From contig CAWGQB010000016.1 in the NCBI GenBank assembly GCA_963824565.1, positions 152,337 through 216,336 of the forward strand: a DNA stretch of 64,000 nucleotides, written 5' to 3'. This document shows positions 1-9,796 of this stretch, piece after piece (the first letter of the stretch is position 1; each line of letters starts with the position of its first letter). Under the pieces are notes generated by a model. That model was given only the letters and a program-made list of their open reading frames with translations, was not told the DNA's origin and searched no databases. A program made the translations under genes and the position numbers. Origin of the DNA: an uncultured Pseudomonadota bacterium (lineage in GTDB: Bacteria > Desulfobacterota > Binatia > Binatales > Binataceae).

Positions 1-625
1 GAGCTCGCTTTGGCGGGCCTGTTTGATGGTGTCCTCGACCGCACGCGCCTTGTGATTGACCTTGGCTTCGGAGACCTGTGCCGCGCGGCTGGCCGCCTGC
101 TTGAGCTCTTCGATCTTGGCCGCGAGCTCGGGGTCCGCCGGCTTCTCCCTCCTCGCCTTGAGATGGCGGCTGCTCGGTAATCGCGCGCAGTGCCTCGGCG
201 CGCTCCTTGAGATCCTCCTCCTGATGCTTCAGGTCCCACAGGTCGAGCATTTCGCGCCGGTTGATCAGCCGCTCGCTGCGGACCATCTCGATAACCTGCT
301 CGGCCAGCGCCAGAGCGGCAATCGCGGCTTTGTCCTCCTCCAGCAGGGTGCGTTGCTTGAGCGCCTCGAAAGGCGGTGAGGAAGCCAATTCGCGCAAGAT
401 CGTCTGGTTCAGTCCCGCGCTGCGCCGGACTGCGTCGGGAGGCATCCAGACCAGGTTATATTTGAACAACCCCAGAAAAATATCCTGCAACAACGCGCCG
501 AAATGGGGTATGAGATGCTCGCCGGCTTCGATTAGGTCCGCGATCGTGGGTGCGCCGGACTGTATATCCTTCCACGCGCGCCGGTCGTAGCTGTCGCATT
601 CCAGCCATAGGGTTTCGGTTGGCAC
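1..625 (-). CDS. Hypothetical protein, partial (3' end beyond window start). A GTG start at 625 is possible; the C-terminal half is E/K/R/A-rich and coiled-coil-like.
   Basis: Manual reverse-strand translation gives a continuous frame (…TETLWLECDSYDRRAWKDIQSG…LFKYNLVWMPPDAVRRS…) that runs off the window. This frame is not in the ORF track because no stop codon falls inside the window. No family was recognised. Confidence 0.3.
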   Translation of the reverse strand, partial: MPTETLWLECDSYDRRAWKDIQSGAPTIADLIEAGEHLIPHFGALLQDIFLGLFKYNLVWMPPDAVRRSAGLNQTILRELASSPPFEALKQRTLLEEDKAAIAALALAEQVIEMVRSERLINRREMLDLWDLKHQEEDLKERAEALRAITEQPPSQGEEGEAGGPRARGQDRRAQAGGQPRGTGLRSQGQSQGACGRGHHQTGPPKRA

Positions 626-780
626 GCACGGGAATGTAGATCGGCTTGGGCTTGCGCGTCTTGGAGCGGGAGGCCATTGGGAACAGCTTAACCCAGCGCG
701 GCCGTCGCCGCTATCGTGCTGTGGGCCCGGTTCAACCGCACTCGGGGCGGAACCGCGTTTGATTTATCTGACTGCGGAGA

Positions 781-812
781 CTTGAAAAAAAGCCGCCGCA
801 CAGGCCACAATC
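781..812 (+). promoter_or_regulatory. Putative sigma-32-like heat-shock promoter upstream of hrcA.
   Basis: CTTGAAA at 781-787, a 17-nt spacer, then CCACAAT (compare consensus CTTGAAA-N13-17-CCCCATNT), about 25 nt upstream of the hrcA ATG. No CIRCE inverted repeat was seen. Confidence 0.3.
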
Positions 813-837
813 GAACTGGCGCGAGTAAGGTACCCTT

Positions 838-1881
838 ATGACTAACGAAGTTTGGAGAGGGGAACTGGGGCGGCGGCATCATGTGCTCTTGTTGGCGGTT
901 ATCCAGGACTTCGTGGCAACGGCGGAGCCGATCGGGTCGCAGCACATCGCTTCCAAGTATTCGCTCGGGGTAAGAGCGGCGACGGTCCGCAGCATGATGG
1001 CGGATCTGGAAACGGAGAATTTCCTCTACCAGCCGCACACCTCGGCTGGGCGGGTTCCGACCGACAAAGCGTTCAGATATTACGTCGATTACGTGATGCC
1101 GAAGCGCCAGATCGGCCGCAACGATCGCGTCCAAATCGAGTACTGCTACTCCGAACGCTCCCGCGACCTCACTGAGATCATGCGCGATACCTCGCGGCTG
1201 CTGGCCCTGCTCACGGGCCAGGCTGCGATGGTGCTCACACCCAGATTCGAGGCGGTGGCACTCAAACGCGTCAATTTTATTCGCCTAAGAGAATCCCAGG
1301 TGATGGCGGTATTCATCGCGATCGGCGGGGAGGTCCAGACCCGAGTCGTTGATAGCGGGCGCGACTATACCCAACCGGAATTGGAGCGGATGGCCAATTA
1401 CCTCAATGAAGGCCTGGAGGGGCGGACCCTGGAGCAGGCGCGGACGTGGATCGAGAGTGTACTCAACGAAGAGCGTACCCGCTATGACCGTTTTGTTCGC
1501 GACGCTCTGACTCTGGGCGACGCCGCGGTCAGCCGCCCGGTTCCAGTCGAAGTCTACGTGGAAGGCGGCGCCAAAGCCTTGCAGCAGCCGGAGTTCAGCG
1601 ATCCTGACAAGCTCAAGGAATTGCTCGGTGCGTTGGAAGACAAGAGCGCCCTGTTGGACCTGCTGGAGCGTACCCTGACGGTCGGCAATATCGAGGTTTC
1701 GATCGGCACCGAGCACGACCCGCGTCTGAGCGATTTGAGTGTCGTTACCGCAGCCTATTCCAAGGGTGCGATGCCAATCGGCAGCCTGGGCGTGGTTGGA
1801 CCGGTGCGGATGGACTACGAACGCGTTATCGCCCTGGTCGACTATACGGCCAGAGCACTGTCCAGGGTGCTCGAATCCTGA
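838..1881 (+). CDS. hrcA: Heat-inducible transcription repressor HrcA.
   Basis: 347-aa ORF. The N-terminal winged-helix region and overall length fit HrcA, and the gene sits immediately upstream of grpE-dnaK-dnaJ. Confidence 0.9.
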   Translation: MTNEVWRGELGRRHHVLLLAVIQDFVATAEPIGSQHIASKYSLGVRAATVRSMMADLETENFLYQPHTSAGRVPTDKAFRYYVDYVMPKRQIGRNDRVQIEYCYSERSRDLTEIMRDTSRLLALLTGQAAMVLTPRFEAVALKRVNFIRLRESQVMAVFIAIGGEVQTRVVDSGRDYTQPELERMANYLNEGLEGRTLEQARTWIESVLNEERTRYDRFVRDALTLGDAAVSRPVPVEVYVEGGAKALQQPEFSDPDKLKELLGALEDKSALLDLLERTLTVGNIEVSIGTEHDPRLSDLSVVTAAYSKGAMPIGSLGVVGPVRMDYERVIALVDYTARALSRVLES

Positions 1882-2143
1882 ATTCGCAACGCGCAACCTG
1901 ATGCTCGCGGAGGCTGGTCGGTGGCGTGACCAGGTTTGGAAGGGGGCGGACCGCTGAATGCGCTCTTGCCGCGCAGACCTCCTTTCCGCATCCTGCCCTC
2001 GCACTCGACGTTCTATAAGGCAAGTTAGCGCCGGCATCTCCCCGGTCTGCCGTTGAGGTTGCCTTTACCCAATTTCTGGTCCATCTCGGCTCTGGCGCCG
2101 GCAAAAAGCGTGGTTATCTTCTAGTCATAACCAAATTTCGGGT

Positions 2144-2185
2144 TTGCGTGAGGACCGGCTTGCGTGAGGACGGTTTGCTGAGGAA
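2144..2185 (+). repeat. Three direct repeats (TTGCGTGAGGAC ×2 plus degenerate TTGCTGAGGAA) with 15-16 bp periodicity, immediately upstream of the grpE start.
   Basis: Seen directly in the sequence at 2144-2155, 2160-2171 and 2175-2185. The last copy overlaps the Shine-Dalgarno sequence. Confidence 0.5.
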
Positions 2186-2873
2186 ATGACCGAGAAAACC
2201 AAGACGATCGATATTCGGGGGACTGGGCACGCGAAGGAGGGTCGAGCGCACCACACCGGCCCCGCCGCAGTAGACATAGAGCATATGCCAGTCGCGGAGA
2301 TGCGTAAGAAACTTGAGGAAGCGTTGGCCAGCCTCGAGGAAAGCCAGAAAGCGCTGGAAGAAAAAGAACGTGAAGCGGCCGAATACAAGGACAAGTATCT
2401 GCGTGCGTTGGCCGAGGCGGAAAACCAACGCAAGCGGATCCGCCAACAGGCCGAGGAAAGCGCTCGGATTCAGCGCGAAGCCTTGTTGCGCGACCTGTTG
2501 TCGATCATCGACAATCTGGAGCGCGCCGTGGCCGCGGCTCGCGATGGCGGTAATGGCAAGCCGATTGTCGAAGGCGTAGAAATGGTGTCTGCGTTCGATG
2601 GTCGACTTTCTGCGCAGCCACGGAGTGACTCAATTAAACGCGGTCGGTCAGCCATTCGATCCGCTGCTGCACGAGGCGATCGATCACGTCGAAAGCGCCG
2701 AGCATCAGCCCAATACAGTGGTGGACGAGTTTGTGCGTGGCTATCAGATCGGGGAGCGGTTATTGCGTCCGGCCCGGGTTGCGGTTTCCAAGCTGCCGGC
2801 CCCGGCGGGAGGATCCGGAGGATCCGAAGGATCAGGTTCGGGTTCCGGCGGCGGGCAGGTTGAAAATCAGTAA
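2186..2873 (+). CDS. grpE: Nucleotide exchange factor GrpE, with an apparent frameshift near 2590.
   Basis: The N-terminal coiled-coil part is in frame 2186 (…KYLRALAEAENQRKR…IVEGVEMV). The C-terminal part is in the 2598 frame (…QLNAVGQPFDP…GERLLRPARVAV). Both parts match GrpE, and a Gly/Ser-rich tail follows. Confidence 0.8.
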
Positions 2874-2953
2874 TCACTGGTTATCTTTTCTGATAAAACG
2901 AGATTAATCCTGACCGTTTTGGGACGGCAGGTTTCAAGAACAAGAGGCAAGCA

Positions 2954-4885
2954 ATGGCCAAAGTAATCGGCATCGACCTCGGAACAACCAACAGCTGCGT
3001 CGCCATCATGGAAGGCGGCGACCCGGTGGTGATTGCCAACTCTGAGGGTAGCCGCACGACGCCCTCGGTGGTGGCGTTCACCGAAGCCGGGGAGCGGCTG
3101 GTGGGGCAAATCGCTAAACGTCAAGCGATCACCAATCCGACCAACACAGTTTTCGCAATCAAGCGCCTGATGGGGCGGCGCTTCGACGATAAGGAAGTTC
3201 AGAAAGCGGTCAAAGTCCTGCCCTACAAAGTCATCAAACACGATGACGGAGCGGCGTGGGTGGAAATCCGCGGCAAGAAGTACAGTCCCGCCGAAGTATC
3301 CGCTTTCGTCCTGCAGAAGATGAAACAGACCGCCGAGGATTACCTTGGAGAGAAGGTCACCGAGGCGGTGATCACAGTCCCGGCATACTTCAACGACAGC
3401 CAGCGACAGGCGACCAAGGACGCCGGCCGCATCGCCGGGCTCAACGTGTTGCGCATAATCAACGAGCCCACCGCGGCCTCGTTGGCCTACGGGCTGGACA
3501 AGAAGAAGGACGAAAAAATCGCGGTCTTTGACCTCGGTGGCGGAACCTTCGACATTTCCATCCTCGAACTGGGCGACGGCGTCTTCGAAGTCAAGGCCAC
3601 CAACGGCGATACCTTCCTGGGGGGCGAGGATTTCGACCAGCGCATAATCGATTACCTGGCGGACGAGTTCAAGAAGGATCAGGGAATCGATCTGCGCAGT
3701 GACCGGATGGCGTTGCAGCGGTTGAAGGAAGCCGCCGAGAAGGCCAAATGCGAGCTTTCGACCGTGATGGAGACCGATATCAATCTGCCCTTCGTCACCG
3801 CGGACCAAAGCGGTCCCAAGCATCTCAATATGAAGCTGACGCGCGCCAAGCTCGAGGCACTGTGTTCCGAGTTGCTGGACCGGCTCGAGGAGCCGTGCCG
3901 GATGGCGCTGCGTGATGCAGGGCTTAAGACCAGCGAAATCAATGAGGTGGTGCTGGTTGGGGGCATGACCCGGATGCCCGCGGTGCAGGAGCGGGTGCGC
4001 AAAGTTTTCGGCCGCGAGGGCCACAAGGGCGTCAACCCGGACGAAGTGGTAGCAATTGGCGCCGCGATTCAGGGTGGCGTGCTCAAGGGTGAGGTCAAGG
4101 ACGTTCTGCTGCTCGACGTGACCCCGCTGTCGCTGGGAATCGAGACTTTGGGTGGCGTATTCACCAAGCTTATCGACAAAAACACCACCATCCCGACCCG
4201 CAAGAGCCAGGTCTTTTCCACCGCACAGGACAATCAGACGGCGGTGACGATCCGGGTGTTCCAGGGCGAGCGCGAGATGGCGGCCGACAACAAGATGCTC
4301 GGGCAATTTGACCTCATCGGGATACCGCCGGCTCCGCGCGGGATGCCCCAGGTCGAAGTCACGTTCGACATCGACGCCAATGGGATCGTCAACGTGCACG
4401 CCAAGGACCTCGGTACCAACAAGGAGCAGTCGATCCGCATCACGGCGTCGTCGGGTCTGACCGAGGATGAGATCAAACGGATGGTGCGTGACGCCGAATC
4501 GCATGCCGAGGACGACAAGCGCAAGCGCGCGGTAGTCGAGGCGCGCAACAAGCTCGACAACCTGATCTATACCACCGAGAAGTCGCTTAAGGATTACGGC
4601 AGCGACATGGAAGCGAGCGCCAAGCAGTCGATCGAGGATGCGATTACGGCGGCGAAGTCCAAGCTGGAATCGCAGGATCCGGCCGAGTTGAACGCAGCAG
4701 CCGAAACTCTGGCCTCAGCTTCGCACAAGCTGGCGGAAGCCATGTACAGCAAGACGCGTGCGCAACAGGGCGGCGCGGGCCCCGAAGCGGCGGCTGGCGC
4801 CAGCGGTCCTAGCGATGGCGGTGGTGGACAAGAGAGCAAAAAGGAAGACGTGGTTGACGCCGACTATCGAGAGGTAAAAGAGTAA
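2954..4885 (+). CDS. dnaK: Molecular chaperone DnaK (Hsp70), intact.
   Basis: 643 aa. Begins [17 protein letters not shown] and carries the DLGGGTFD and GIPPAPRG motifs, with an acidic C-terminus. Confidence 0.97.
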   Translation: MAKVIGIDLGTTNSCVAIMEGGDPVVIANSEGSRTTPSVVAFTEAGERLVGQIAKRQAITNPTNTVFAIKRLMGRRFDDKEVQKAVKVLPYKVIKHDDGAAWVEIRGKKYSPAEVSAFVLQKMKQTAEDYLGEKVTEAVITVPAYFNDSQRQATKDAGRIAGLNVLRIINEPTAASLAYGLDKKKDEKIAVFDLGGGTFDISILELGDGVFEVKATNGDTFLGGEDFDQRIIDYLADEFKKDQGIDLRSDRMALQRLKEAAEKAKCELSTVMETDINLPFVTADQSGPKHLNMKLTRAKLEALCSELLDRLEEPCRMALRDAGLKTSEINEVVLVGGMTRMPAVQERVRKVFGREGHKGVNPDEVVAIGAAIQGGVLKGEVKDVLLLDVTPLSLGIETLGGVFTKLIDKNTTIPTRKSQVFSTAQDNQTAVTIRVFQGEREMAADNKMLGQFDLIGIPPAPRGMPQVEVTFDIDANGIVNVHAKDLGTNKEQSIRITASSGLTEDEIKRMVRDAESHAEDDKRKRAVVEARNKLDNLIYTTEKSLKDYGSDMEASAKQSIEDAITAAKSKLESQDPAELNAAAETLASASHKLAEAMYSKTRAQQGGAGPEAAAGASGPSDGGGGQESKKEDVVDADYREVKE

Positions 4886-4891
4886 GGCAAG

Positions 4892-4921
4892 AAGCCCCGG
4901 CTAAAACCGGGGCTTTTTTTT
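4892..4921 (+). terminator. Rho-independent terminator after dnaK.
   Basis: Stem AAGCCCCGG / CCGGGGCTT with a 6-nt loop, followed by an 8-nt T-tract. Confidence 0.8.
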
Positions 4922-5025
4922 CCGCGGCGCCACGTTTTCCGGCGTGATCTCAACCAAAATGCGTGCATTGTAATCTTGGCGCTCTATCGTTCGGCATTGA
5001 ACTAGGTTAAAATCGGCCTCCGGGA

Positions 5026-6159
5026 ATGGCAAACAATAACAAGCGCGACTATTACGAGACACTCGGCGTCTCGCGCACTGCGAGCGAAGAAGAGATCAAA
5101 AAGGCCTACCGGCGTCTCGCTATCCAATATCATCCAGATCGCAATCCCGGTGATCGGCAGGCCGAGGAAAAGTTCAAAGAAGCAAACGAGGCCTACCAGG
5201 TTCTCGCCGACACCGAGAAGCGCGCCCAGTATGACCGCTTCGGCCACGCGGCCTTCCAAGGTCCGCAGGGCCCGGGGGGCTTTGGCGGGTTTGACTTTTC
5301 CCAAGGCTTCGAGGACGTCTTCTCCGATATCTTCGGAGACTTCTTCGGCACTGGCCGTGGCCGCTCTCGCTCGCGCAGCCGGCGCGGTGACGATCTTCGC
5401 TATGACCTCGAGGTCGAGTTTGAAGACGCGCATCGGGGGGCGGAGCGGGTCATCAAAGTCGCGCGCCTCTGCCAATGCGAAGCTTGCAATGGAACCCGTA
5501 CGGCTGCCGGCGCGGGAGGACTGCGTACCTGTCCGAACTGCCGCGGTACGGGGCAGATTCGTACTCAGCAGGGCTTCTTTTCAATTTCAACCACCTGCGC
5601 TCAATGCCGCGGCGAAGGACATATCATCTCGGACCCCTGCGCTAAGTGCCAGGGACAGGGGCGGGTGCGTAAACAGCAGTCGCTCTCGGTGCGGATTCCG
5701 CCCGGGGTCGACAATGGTTCACGGTTGAAACTGCGCGGCGAAGGCGAAGCCGGCTTCAGCGGCGGTCCGTCGGGCGACCTCTACGTGGTGATTCATGTCC
5801 GCGAGCATGCGATTTTCGCCCGTCAGGAAAACGACGTAATCGTCGAGGTCCCGGTCAGTTTTCCGCAGGCCGCGCTGGGCACCGAAATGGAAGTTCCCAC
5901 CCTGGACGGCAAGGTCAAATTCAAGATCCCCGCCGGCACCCAGTCGGGCAAGGTGTTTCGGCTAAAGGGCAAGGGTTTCACCGACTTACACGGCTACGGC
6001 CGCGGCGATGAGTTGGTCAAGATCGTGGTTGAAACCCCGCGGCGGTTGACCGCCAAGCAGCGGGAACTGCTCGAAGAATTCGCCAAAGTCTCCGGCGAAG
6101 AAGTCAACCATCCGATGTCCAAAGGGTTCGTCGACAAGCTGCGAGAGATGTTCGGCTGA
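5026..6159 (+). CDS. dnaJ: Molecular chaperone DnaJ (Hsp40).
   Basis: J domain (YYETLGV…YHPDRN), a G/F-rich region, four CxxCxGxG zinc-finger repeats and a C-terminal domain. 377 aa. Confidence 0.95.
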   Translation: MANNNKRDYYETLGVSRTASEEEIKKAYRRLAIQYHPDRNPGDRQAEEKFKEANEAYQVLADTEKRAQYDRFGHAAFQGPQGPGGFGGFDFSQGFEDVFSDIFGDFFGTGRGRSRSRSRRGDDLRYDLEVEFEDAHRGAERVIKVARLCQCEACNGTRTAAGAGGLRTCPNCRGTGQIRTQQGFFSISTTCAQCRGEGHIISDPCAKCQGQGRVRKQQSLSVRIPPGVDNGSRLKLRGEGEAGFSGGPSGDLYVVIHVREHAIFARQENDVIVEVPVSFPQAALGTEMEVPTLDGKVKFKIPAGTQSGKVFRLKGKGFTDLHGYGRGDELVKIVVETPRRLTAKQRELLEEFAKVSGEEVNHPMSKGFVDKLREMFG

Positions 6160-6433
6160 GCCCTCATCCTGGCCTCTCCCTGGCCTCTCCCGGTCAGCAT
6201 AGGCAGGCGCTAACTTAACGTTCGAGCCAGTGTACGGCGTCCCTGCCTGCCGGCCGCTCCGTTACCGAGCGGCCACACCCAAGCCGCACGTCTCACACCT
6301 CGGCCATCGAGTGGTAGTGTACTTTAGGCACTGCCGATTGATAGATGGCACCCTTGACCATCAACTCGCCGTACTTACATTTGAAAAGAGCGGCTCTGAT
6401 CCCAAAAATCACACAAACGAAAAGGAGGTTCCG

Positions 6434-6868
6434 ATGGCACTGCTACGATTCGGGTCGGACTTTCCAATTCCGGCCTTACAAAAAGAGCTGGAGCGGTTCT
6501 TACGCAATCCTGCAATAAACCTGGGTTTGTCCGGACAGGGCGCATATCCCCCGGTTAATGTTTTCGACCGTGGAGACGGGGCACTAATCGTCGCGGAAGT
6601 GCCCGGCCTGGATCCGGAGAAAATAGAAATCGGCAGTCAGGGACGGACGCTGACTATCGGCGGCGAGCGCAAGCCGCGCGAGGCCGAAAAATCGATTGGA
6701 TACCATCGCCGCGAACGTTTGTTTGGCGCGTTTTCGCGCTCGGTCCAGTTGCCCGAAGATCTCGACCTGCAGCAGGCGACGGCGAAATACGAAAACGGCC
6801 TACTGGTCATTCGTGTCCCCAAGGCCGAAAGCTCCAAACCGCGCCGGATTACCATCCAAGCCGGGTGA
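6434..6868 (+). CDS. Hsp20/alpha-crystallin family small heat-shock protein.
   Basis: AGGAGG ribosome-binding site 6 nt before the ATG at 6434. The alpha-crystallin domain (…GALIVAEVPGLDPEKIEI…LLVIRVPK) is recognisable. Confidence 0.85.
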   Translation: MALLRFGSDFPIPALQKELERFLRNPAINLGLSGQGAYPPVNVFDRGDGALIVAEVPGLDPEKIEIGSQGRTLTIGGERKPREAEKSIGYHRRERLFGAFSRSVQLPEDLDLQQATAKYENGLLVIRVPKAESSKPRRITIQAG

Positions 6869-6884
6869 AGAAGGAGGAATCGCG

Positions 6885-7286
6885 ATGACCCCACAGGAAA
6901 TGACCACTAAGGAAAAACAGGAGTTGACCGCGGAGCAGGAGAAGACCCGTCCTGGCCGTTACTATATGCCCGACGTTGACATTCTGGAATTTCCCGACCA
7001 CTTGGAACTCACGGCGGATATGCCTGGCGTCAGCGAGAAAGATGTCCACGTTACGCTCGAAGACGGCGTTTTGACTATTCAGGGAACCGTGGGTGCTGCC
7101 ATGTACGAAGGTCTGTCACCCTTATACACGGAGTATAATGTCGGCAACTACTTCCGGCAATTCTCGCTTCATGAAAGTATCGACGCATCGGGTATTAAGG
7201 CGACGATGCGCAATGGCGTCCTGGACTTGATATTGCCCAAGGTCGAGGCGGCAAAGCCGCGCAAAATAGAGGTAGCGGTTTCCTAA
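6885..7286 (+). CDS. Hsp20/alpha-crystallin family small heat-shock protein, second tandem copy.
   Basis: GGAGG ribosome-binding site before the ATG at 6885. The alpha-crystallin domain (…HLELTADMPGVSEKDVHVTLEDGVLTIQG…GVLDLILPK) is recognisable. Confidence 0.85.
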   Translation: MTPQEMTTKEKQELTAEQEKTRPGRYYMPDVDILEFPDHLELTADMPGVSEKDVHVTLEDGVLTIQGTVGAAMYEGLSPLYTEYNVGNYFRQFSLHESIDASGIKATMRNGVLDLILPKVEAAKPRKIEVAVS

Positions 7287-7314
7287 AAGTCAATTGCGCC
7301 GATGGTGATCTGCG

Positions 7315-7422
7315 ATGCCGAAATCGGATCACCCTTCCATTCTCGGCGTGCCGGCCGACGCCAGCGTTGAAACTATAAAAACTGCCTACCGGCGGCTGGC
7401 ATTGACGATGTTGGTTGCGTAA
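7315..7422 (+). pseudogene. Remnant of a J-domain (DnaJ-like) gene, 35 codons.
   Basis: MPKSDHPSILGVPADASVETIKTAYRRLA matches the J-domain helix I-II consensus (ILGV…AS.EEIK.AYR+LA). The ORF stops before the HPD motif. It was too short to appear in the ORF track. Confidence 0.45.
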
Positions 7423-7423
7423 T

Positions 7424-8273
7424 TCACCCGCGGCCGAGATGCGCGTATAGCGCGTCGCGCATGGCGTCGAACGGCGCTTTGACGCGGTTGAACAATTCGA
7501 ATGCCAGCGCGCCTTGGCGCAGCAACATCCCGGCGCCGTCGGCGGTGCGAAGTCCACGTTCCAGCGCTGGCCGGAGAAACGCGGTTGGAGCGGCCGCATA
7601 GATAAGATCGTAAAAGAAGCAGTCGGAGTCCGCGGATTCGTAGGCTACCGGAAGGAAAGCTGCGGACTTCAGCCCGACCGAGGTTGCATTGATCACCAGC
7701 CCCGCTTCGGCGACCAATTCCGCATGCCGGAGAGCGTCCAGGTCGCGCACCTCGATTTTGAGCTTGCGGAAGCGTGCCGCCAGTTTGACTGCCCGCGAGC
7801 GGGTGCGGTTGGCGAGCACCACCCGTTTGGCGCCCAGCCGCCCCAACGCGAGCAGGGCCGCGGCGGCGCCCCCGCCCGCCCCGATCAGAATCACCATCCT
7901 TCCCTTGATTGGCGCGCTCAGCGCGGCCAAATCCGCCGCCAGTCCGCGCGCGTCGGTATTGTCGCCGAACAGCTCTCCTGCTCGCGGGAAAACACAGTTG
8001 ATCGGCCCCCAATGCACGCGCTTCAGCACTTTGCCTCTTTAGCAGCCGTGCGACACGCTCCTTATGCGGCACGGTGACGTTAACTCCCATCAGCCCCAAT
8101 GCCGTAATCGCGCGCAGCGCCGCCGGCAGATGGGACGCAACGACGTGAAAGGGGACGTAGAGGCGGTTCATGCCCAACGCCTGGTAGGCCGCGTTATGCA
8201 TCGCGGGAGAGGCCGAGTGCGCAACCGGATCGCCGAAGATGCCGGTCAGGACCGTGGCGCCATCGATTCCCAT
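7424..8273 (-). CDS. aroE: Shikimate dehydrogenase AroE, with an apparent +1 frameshift near 8035.
   Basis: The N-terminal part (MGIDGATVLTGIFGDPVAHSASPAMHNAAY…VTVPHKE) is in the 8363 frame. The C-terminal part (…INCVFPRAGELFGDNTDARG…GAGGAA…) is in the 8029 frame. The junction is one extra G in a GGGGG run. Confidence 0.8.
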
Positions 8274-8292
8274 CAAACTGATCGCTACCGGT

Positions 8293-8862
8293 TCAACTGA
8301 GTGCCGCGTGGCGTACTTCTTCGGCGGTAAACAGCCAGGTGTATGTGAGCCCCTCGTTGGCAAAGGCCTCGGTGGCCCCCTCGCCGCGATCGACTAATGC
8401 GAACGCCGCTACGACGATGGCGCCGGCCGACCGCACCGCGTTGGTGGCCGCGAGGGTCGAACCGCCGGTGGTGATAGTGTCGTCGATCACGCCGGTTGGA
8501 AGGCTCGGGTCGAAGGCGCCCTCGATCTGTTGCTGGAGTCCGTGGGCCTTGGTTTCCTTGCGAACAAAGAAGCCGCGCAGATCGGGGTTGCGATAGCTGG
8601 CCGCGACGATTATAGCGTCGGTGACCGGTAACGCACCCGCTGCCATCCCGCCTAGCTGCCGCACGCCATGTGCGAGCACCAGCTCGAGCATCAGCTCGCC
8701 TGCCAGCCGTGCACCTAAAGGTAGATAGAGGGTGCGTTTGCAGTCGATGTAGTAGCTGGAGCGCCGGCCGGAGGCGAGAGTGAGATCGCGTCGAAAAAAG
8801 GAATGCCGGGCCAGGAGCTCGAGCAATGTCTTGCGCTTGTCTTCATCCATGGTGAAGGCCAT
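8293..8862 (-). CDS. pyrE: Orotate phosphoribosyltransferase (type I PRTase).
   Basis: 189 aa. PRPP-binding loop VIDDTITTGGS and overall OPRTase-like layout. Confidence 0.8.
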   Translation of the reverse strand: MAFTMDEDKRKTLLELLARHSFFRRDLTLASGRRSSYYIDCKRTLYLPLGARLAGELMLELVLAHGVRQLGGMAAGALPVTDAIIVAASYRNPDLRGFFVRKETKAHGLQQQIEGAFDPSLPTGVIDDTITTGGSTLAATNAVRSAGAIVVAAFALVDRGEGATEAFANEGLTYTWLFTAEEVRHAALS

Positions 8863-8916
8863 CTAAGCGGGCGGGTAGGCCTGTGACAAGCCCATAATCA
8901 GCATCTGGAACGGTGG

Positions 8917-9612
8917 TTGGACTCTGCTATCATTTTCAAGGTGATTTTCGCACCCTTCCTCTTCATCTACGTCGTCCTGTTCTTCGTCGTATTGGCGTTC
9001 CTGTTTGCGCTGATCGAAATTCACGTGATCAATTACGCCTTCACTCTGGCGGGACTGCCGCCCGAACTGGCGTTCGTGGCCTTGATCGGAAGTCTGATCG
9101 GCAGCTACATCAACATTCCGATCAAGCGCCTGCACGGCGGCACGCAACATAGCGCGATGATCACCAGTTACGGGATGCGATACCGCCCGCCGGCGCGGAT
9201 GTGGGACGGTACCACGATCCTGGCGATTAACGTGGGAGGAGCGGTGATTCCGGTACTAATTTCGCTGTATGTGCTGCTCCATCAGCCGAATATACTTGGG
9301 CGGGCGGTGCTGGCGACAGCGATTGTGGGACTGGTGGTCAACCGCTCTGCGCGGCCGATTCGGGGGCTGGGCATCGCGACCCCGATATTCATCCCGCCGA
9401 TCGTCGCGGCGCTGGCCGGTTACCTGCTGGGTGGCCAAAGCTATGCGGCCCCGGTTGCTTACATCGGCGGAGTACTGGGTACTCTGATTGGCGCCGATAT
9501 CGCCAATCTCGGCCGGCTAAGCGATTTGGGCGCACCGGTGGCGTCGATTGGCGGCGCCGGCACCTTCGACGGCATTTTCCTTACCGGTATCGTCGCGGTG
9601 CTGCTGGCGTAA
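8917..9612 (+). CDS. Polytopic membrane protein, DUF1614-like.
   Basis: 231 aa with multiple hydrophobic helices and a Gly-rich C-terminus (GGAGTFDGIF). Reminiscent of DUF1614, with weak confidence. Confidence 0.5.
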   Translation: MDSAIIFKVIFAPFLFIYVVLFFVVLAFLFALIEIHVINYAFTLAGLPPELAFVALIGSLIGSYINIPIKRLHGGTQHSAMITSYGMRYRPPARMWDGTTILAINVGGAVIPVLISLYVLLHQPNILGRAVLATAIVGLVVNRSARPIRGLGIATPIFIPPIVAALAGYLLGGQSYAAPVAYIGGVLGTLIGADIANLGRLSDLGAPVASIGGAGTFDGIFLTGIVAVLLA

Positions 9613-9796
9613 ACCGCGGACATCGGTCGCCCTCGATTTTCCACATCTGGATGGAGGAGCGACGGGCAGGGACGCCCGAGGGACGCCCGCCCCACTGGCG
9701 GACTTTGCGGATGCGGACCGGGTCCGCATCCGCAGGAAGTTTAGCCAGAGGAAATCAACTACATAGTAATTGACAAAAGAATCAAATAGCTTTCGC

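Noticed and set aside
56-590. Plus-strand ORFs 56-379 and 261-590.
   Set aside because: Low-complexity (Ala/Ser/Leu-rich) and antisense to a better continuous minus-strand frame. They are treated as artefacts.
2867-4504. 545-aa ORF on the minus strand.
   Set aside because: It is exactly antisense to dnaK, with low-complexity R/G/H/D-rich translation. It is a high-GC antisense artefact.
6169-6192. Short tandem repeat CTGGCCTCTCC ×2 after dnaJ.
   Set aside because: Two copies of 11 bp is too small to call a repeat element. It is likely chance or a minor slippage product.
6330-6400. Possible CIRCE or sigma-54 element upstream of hsp20 (TTAGGCACT…TGGCACCCTTGACC).
   Set aside because: The CIRCE half-sites do not match, and the sigma-54 -12 element (TTGC) is absent at the correct spacing.
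7386-8363. 325-aa ORF treated as a single gene.
   Set aside because: Only its C-proximal ~80 codons (8040-8273) are real aroE N-terminus. The remaining ~240 codons are Arg/Gly-rich read-through in the wrong frame. The aroE body is in the 7424-8029 frame.
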